Assembly: GCA_038087875.1 (NCBI GenBank)
Contig: JAXLNO010000673.1
Coordinates: 1 to 38,815 of the forward strand
Direction: 5' to 3'
DNA from: Malacoraja senta
Lineage: Eukaryota
Length of the DNA: 38,815 nucleotides
The notes below the pieces were generated by a model, which was not told the origin of the DNA, did no database searches, and worked only from the letters and a program-made list of their open reading frames with translations. How positions within the stretch are numbered: the stretch's first letter is position 1; every line of letters begins with the position of its first letter. Shown here one piece after another: positions 34,578 to 38,815 of this stretch. The position numbers and the translations under genes were made by a program.

Positions 34578-34962
34578 GAAACATAGAAACATAGAAAATT
34601 GGTGCAGGAGGAGGCCATTCGGCCATTCGAGCCTGCACCGCCATTCATTGTGATCATGGCTGATCGTCCCCTATCAATAACCCGTGCCTGCCTTCTCCCC
34701 ATATCCCTTGACTCTGCCTTCTCCCCATATCCCTTGACTCCACTAGCCCCTAGAGCTCTATCTAACTCTCTCTTAAATCCATCCAGTGATTTGGCCTCCA
34801 CTGCCCTCTGTGGCAGGGAATTCATAAATTCACAAACTTTTTGGGAGAAAAAGTTTTTTTCTCACCTCAGTCTTAAATGACCTCCCCTTTATTCTAAGAC
34901 TGTGGCCCCTGGTTCTGGAATCGCCCAACATTGGGAACATTTTTCCTGCATCGAGCTTGTCT
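34578..34962 (-). mobile_element. CR1 3' fragment with an internal ~28-nt tandem duplication
   Basis: (TTTCTATG)n tail; CTGCCTTCTCCCCATATCCCTTGACTC present twice. Confidence 0.85.
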
Positions 34963-34964
34963 GG

Positions 34965-35140
34965 GGACACTTACCTTGACGGTGCCCATTTTGTTGTCAA
35001 CCTCCATAGTTGGCCAATCTTCCATCCCTCCTTAATCTCACCCTGGAGCCCTGCTGACCCCGGGTACTTCCCCGGGAGAGCGCCCCGTTGGGAGGGAGGG
35101 AGGGATTAAGAGGAAAGGAGGGCACAGAGGCGGAAATGAT
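34965..35140 (-). promoter_or_regulatory. Candidate promoter / 5'-UTR exon, locally triplicated
   Basis: Perfect minus-strand donor AAG|GTAAGT with the exon ending at 34975; YY1-like AAAATGG motifs; ETS-like GCGGAAAT. Related copies at 34410-34570 and 35425-35510. Confidence 0.35.
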
Positions 35141-35519
35141 GAATGAATTAATAAGTTTATTGGGGTTCAAGTATTCACATACAAGGAATTTGCCTTGGTG
35201 CTCCGCCTGCAAGTGACCACATGACATACAGTGACACTTAGGAATAACATATAAAACAAAAAATAACACATTAGCGATTAAACATGTGATTAAATAAAAT
35301 ACCAAAGCAAAAGGAGGCGACAGATTTTACATTACTACTCGTGGAAAAAAAAGCTGTTTTTATGTCTGGCTGTGGCGGCCATGACAGTCCGGAGTCACCT
35401 TCAAAGGGAAGTGACACAAGAGAAGACACTTAACCTAACGGTGGCCATTTTGTTGTTGACCTCCATTGTTGCCAATCTTCAGTCCCTCCTTAATCTCACC
35501 CTGGAGCCGTTTAAATCTC

Positions 35520-35874
35520 ATCTCCATTCTATCCTTTCTCTCTCCCCTCTCCCTTCTCACCCCCCCTTCCCACTCTCTCCTCCCTCTCCCACTCTCTCCT
35601 CCTCTCTCTTTCTCTCCCCCTCTCTCTTTTTTCTCCCCCTCTCTCTTTCTCTCCCCCCTCTCTCTCCCCCTCTCCTCTCTCGCCCCTCTCTCTCCCCTCT
35701 CTCTCTCTCCCTCTCTCTCTCTATCCCCCGCTCTCTCCCCCATCCCCTTCTCTCCCCCATCTTTCTCCCTCTCTCTCCCCTATATCTATTTTCCTCCCTC
35801 TCCTCCCTCTCCTCCCTCTCTCTCCCTCCTCTCTCTCTCCCCTCTCTCTCTCTCCCTCCCCCCCCCTCTCTCAC

Positions 35875-35922
<48 letters not shown>

Positions 35923-36352
35923 CCCTCTCTCTCCCTCCCCACCTCTCTCTCCCCTCTCTTCCCCCTCTCTCTCTTTATAAACAAAACTTAAGTCAGCTAA
36001 ACTATAATTAACTAAACTAAAAACTGTCAAACTCTCTCACCCCCTCTCTCACCTCTCTCTCAACCTCTCTCACCCCCCTCTCTCTCTCTCCCTCTCTCCC
36101 CTCTCTTTATAAACTAAATTGAAGTCAGCTAAACTATAATAAACTAAACAAAAAACGAAATCAAACTCTTTCTCCCCCCTCTCCCTGTCTCTCCCCTCTC
36201 TCTCCCCCTCTCTTTCTCCCCTCTCTCTCTCCCCCCTCTCTACCTTCACCCTCTTTCTCTCTCCCCTCTCCCCTCTCTCTCCCCCCTCTCTCTCTCTCTC
36301 TCTCTCCCCCTCTCTCTCTCTCCCCTCGCTCTCTCCCCTTCCCTTCTCTCTC
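35520..36352. repeat. Polypyrimidine (CT)n/C-rich low-complexity tract with a duplicated AT-rich spacer
   Basis: Almost exclusively C/T. TTTATAAAC...AAGTCAGCTAAACTATAAT...TCAAACTCT occurs at ~35974 and ~36106. Confidence 0.95.
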
Positions 36353-36592
36353 AAAACACTTACATTAAACAGACACATGAGAAGGTTTTCCACAATGTTT
36401 ATCGCTAGAGTTCGAACGACTGAATTTTCACACGTGTACATTTGTTCCACTGTTGACATTTCCTAAATCAACATAGAGCATTTGAGTGAGTGTAAAAGAA
36501 GGAACTGCAGATGCTGGAAAATCGAAGGTACACAAAAATGCTGGAGAAAACTCAGCGGGTGCAGCAGCATCTATGGAGCGAAGGAAATAGGC

Positions 36593-36620
36593 AACGTTTC
36601 GGGCCGAAACCCTTCTTCAG
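36593..36620 (-). ncRNA. Minimal hammerhead ribozyme motif
   Basis: Reverse complement reads CTGAAGAAGGGTTTCGGCCCGAAACGTT. Confidence 0.68.
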
Positions 36621-38176
36621 ACTGATAGGGGGTGGGGAGAAGAAAGGTAAAAAGGAAAAAGGGCGGAGGAGGAGCCGAGGGCTGGGGATGGGAGGAGACA
36701 ACCAGAGGGCTGATGAAGGAGAGGGGACAGCAAGGGCTAGCAGAATTGGGAGAATTCAATGTTCATGCCTCCAGGATGTAGACTGCCCAAGCGGAATATG
36801 AGGTGCATTTCCTCCAATTTCCAGTGTTGCTCGCTGTGGCCATGGAGGAGACCCAGGACAGAGAGGTCAGATACGGAATGGGAGGGGGAGTTGAAGTGCT
36901 GAGCCACCGGGAGGTCAGGTTGGTTATTGCGGACCGACCGGAGGTGTTCGGCGAAACGATCGCCAAGCTTGGTCTCACTGATGTAGATCAGCTGACATCT
37001 AGAGCAGCGGATGCAATAGATGAGGTTGGAGGAGATGCAGGTGAACCTCTGTCGCACCTGGATCGACTGCTTGGGTCCTTGAATGGAGGTCGAGGGGAGG
37101 TGAAGGGACAAGTGTTGCATCTCTTGCGGTTGCCAAGGGAAAGTACCCGGGAGGGGGTGGACGGGAGGGAAGGGAAGAATTGACAAGGGAGTTATGGAGG
37201 GAGCGGTCTTTGCGGAAGGCAGACATGGGGGGAGATGGAAGATGTGGCGAGTGGTGGGGTCACGTTGGAGGTGGCGAAACTGACGGAGGATCACTTGTTG
37301 TATGTGACGGCTGGTGGGGTGAAAGGTGAGGACTAGAGGGACTCTGCCCTTGTGAGTGGGGGGGGATGGGGAGAGAGAGGAGTGTTGCGGGGTATGGCAG
37401 AGACCCTGGTGCGAGCCTCATCTATGGTGGAGGAGGGGAACCCCCGTTCCCTGAAGAATGAGGACATTTCGGATGCCCTGGTGTGGAACGCCTTATCCTG
37501 GGAGCAGATGCGGCATAGACGGAGGAATTGGGAATGGGGGTTGGAGTCCTTACAGGAAGCAGGGTGGGAAGAAGTGTAGTCCAGATAGCATGGGAGTCGG
37601 TAGGTTTGTAGTGGATGTCGGTATGAAGTCTATCACCTGCGATGGAGATAGAGAGGTCCAAGGTATGGTAGGGAAGTGTCGGAAATGTCCAGGTGTATTT
37701 GAGTGCCGGATGGAAGTTGGTGGTGAAGCGGATGAAGTCAGTCAGTTGTGTGTGTGTGCAGGAGGTGGCACCAAAACAGTCATCGATGTAGCGGAGGTAG
37801 AGGTCGGGGAATGGGCCCTGGTACGTATGAACAAGGATTGTTCTACGTACCTGACAAAGAGGCAGGCGTAGCTGGGGCCCATGCATGTGCCCATAGCTAC
37901 GCCTTGTATTTGGAGGAAATGGGAGGAGTCAAATGAGAGTTATGAGGGTAAGGACCAGCTCCGCTAAGCGGAGGAGGGTGTCAGTGGCCGGGTATAGGTT
38001 GCTTCTCTGGTTGAGGAAAAACCGGAGGCTTCGAGACCATCCTGGTGGGGGATGGAGGTGTAGAGTGACTGGACGTCCATGGTGAAGATGAGGGGTGAGA
38101 GCCTAGAGGAGTGGAATGCGCAGAGATGACGGAGAGTGTCTGAGGTGTCTTTGAACAAAGGTAGGGAAGGATTTAA

Positions 38177-38536
38177 GGACAAAATTCTTAAGGGTTGGAC
38201 AGGCTAGATGCAGGAAGATTATTCCCGATGTTGAGGAACTCCAGAACTAGGGGTCGCAGTTTAAGGATAAGAGGGAAGACTTTTAGGACCGAGATTGAGA
38301 AATCATTTTTTACACAGAGAGTGGTGAATCGTGGAATTCTCTGCCACAGAAGGTAGTTGAGGCCAGTTCATTGGCTATATTTAAGAGGGAGTTAGAATGT
38401 GGCCTTGTGGCTAAAGGGATCAGGGGGTATGGAGAGAAGGCAGGGATGGGATACTGAGTTGGATGATCAGCCCTGATCATATCAATGGCGGTGCAGGCTC
38501 GAAGGGCCGAATGGCCTCCTGCACCTATTTTCTATG
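38177..38536 (+). mobile_element. CR1 3' fragment nested in the PLE
   Basis: CR1 3' sequence ending GGGCCGAATGGCCTCCTGCACCTATTTTCTATG. Flanked by TTAA at 38173-38176 and 38537-38540; the PLE rejoins as GGATTTAACCAAGGGG. Confidence 0.85.
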
Positions 38537-38815
38537 TTAACCAAGGGGGATAGAATGGAGTTGAGATAGGTGGAGATGAGTTCGGTGGGCACGAACAGGC
38601 AGAGACAATGTGTCTACCGGGACAGTCAGGTTTGTGGATTTTGGGGAGAAGGTAAAATCGGGCCGTGCGGGGCTGGGGAACGATGAGGTTGACGATGAGG
38701 AACGATGACAGTTCATTAAGGTATGCCATTCGCTTTCTTCACTGCCTGCTGTACCTGCATGCTTACTTTCATAGACTGATGAACAAGGACCCCCAGATCC
38801 CGTTGTACTTCCACT

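Larger units (their letters stand above)
36490..38692 (-). mobile_element. 5'-truncated PLE copy (RT + GIY-YIG + pLTR) with many indels, interrupted by CR1
   Basis: ORF pieces FYLLPKIHKPDCPG, MDVQSLYTSIP, YLRYIDDCFG, CSRCQLIYISET, GMNIEFSQFC; colinear with 32205-34018. Confidence 0.92.

Noticed and set aside
35372..36459. Ser/Leu/Pro-rich and Glu/Arg-rich ORFs
   Set aside because: Translations of (CT)n/(GA)n low-complexity DNA.

Overview
Repeat-dense vertebrate genomic DNA, most likely from a cartilaginous fish (skate or ray), judging by HE1-type V-SINEs and HER1/CR1-type LINE tails. It holds two tandem minus-strand TRIM (RING/B-box2/coiled-coil) units with canonical phase-0 exons. TRIM-A has exons 27198-26785, 16706-16611 and 15120-14887; TRIM-B has exons 8870-8458 and 676-581 and continues off the left edge. 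No PRY-SPRY exon is visible. TRIM-A's expected ATG reads ATC, and TRIM-B has a 1-nt deletion in its B-box. An in-frame acceptor at 8933 could splice the two into one double-RBCC protein. The remainder is transposons: a near full-length but disabled Neptune-type Penelope-like element (PLE, 29203-34018) with a pseudo-LTR and an internal 1.4-kb GC-rich minisatellite, further PLE copies, and many short, often fold-back, PLE-derived elements carrying a minimal hammerhead ribozyme motif. There is also a young L2 LINE, CR1 and Rex1 fragments, SINEs, a hAT MITE with a perfect 8-bp TSD and a LINE-tail-derived satellite. All calls come from reading the sequence; no searches were run, and boundaries of degenerate repeats are approximate.
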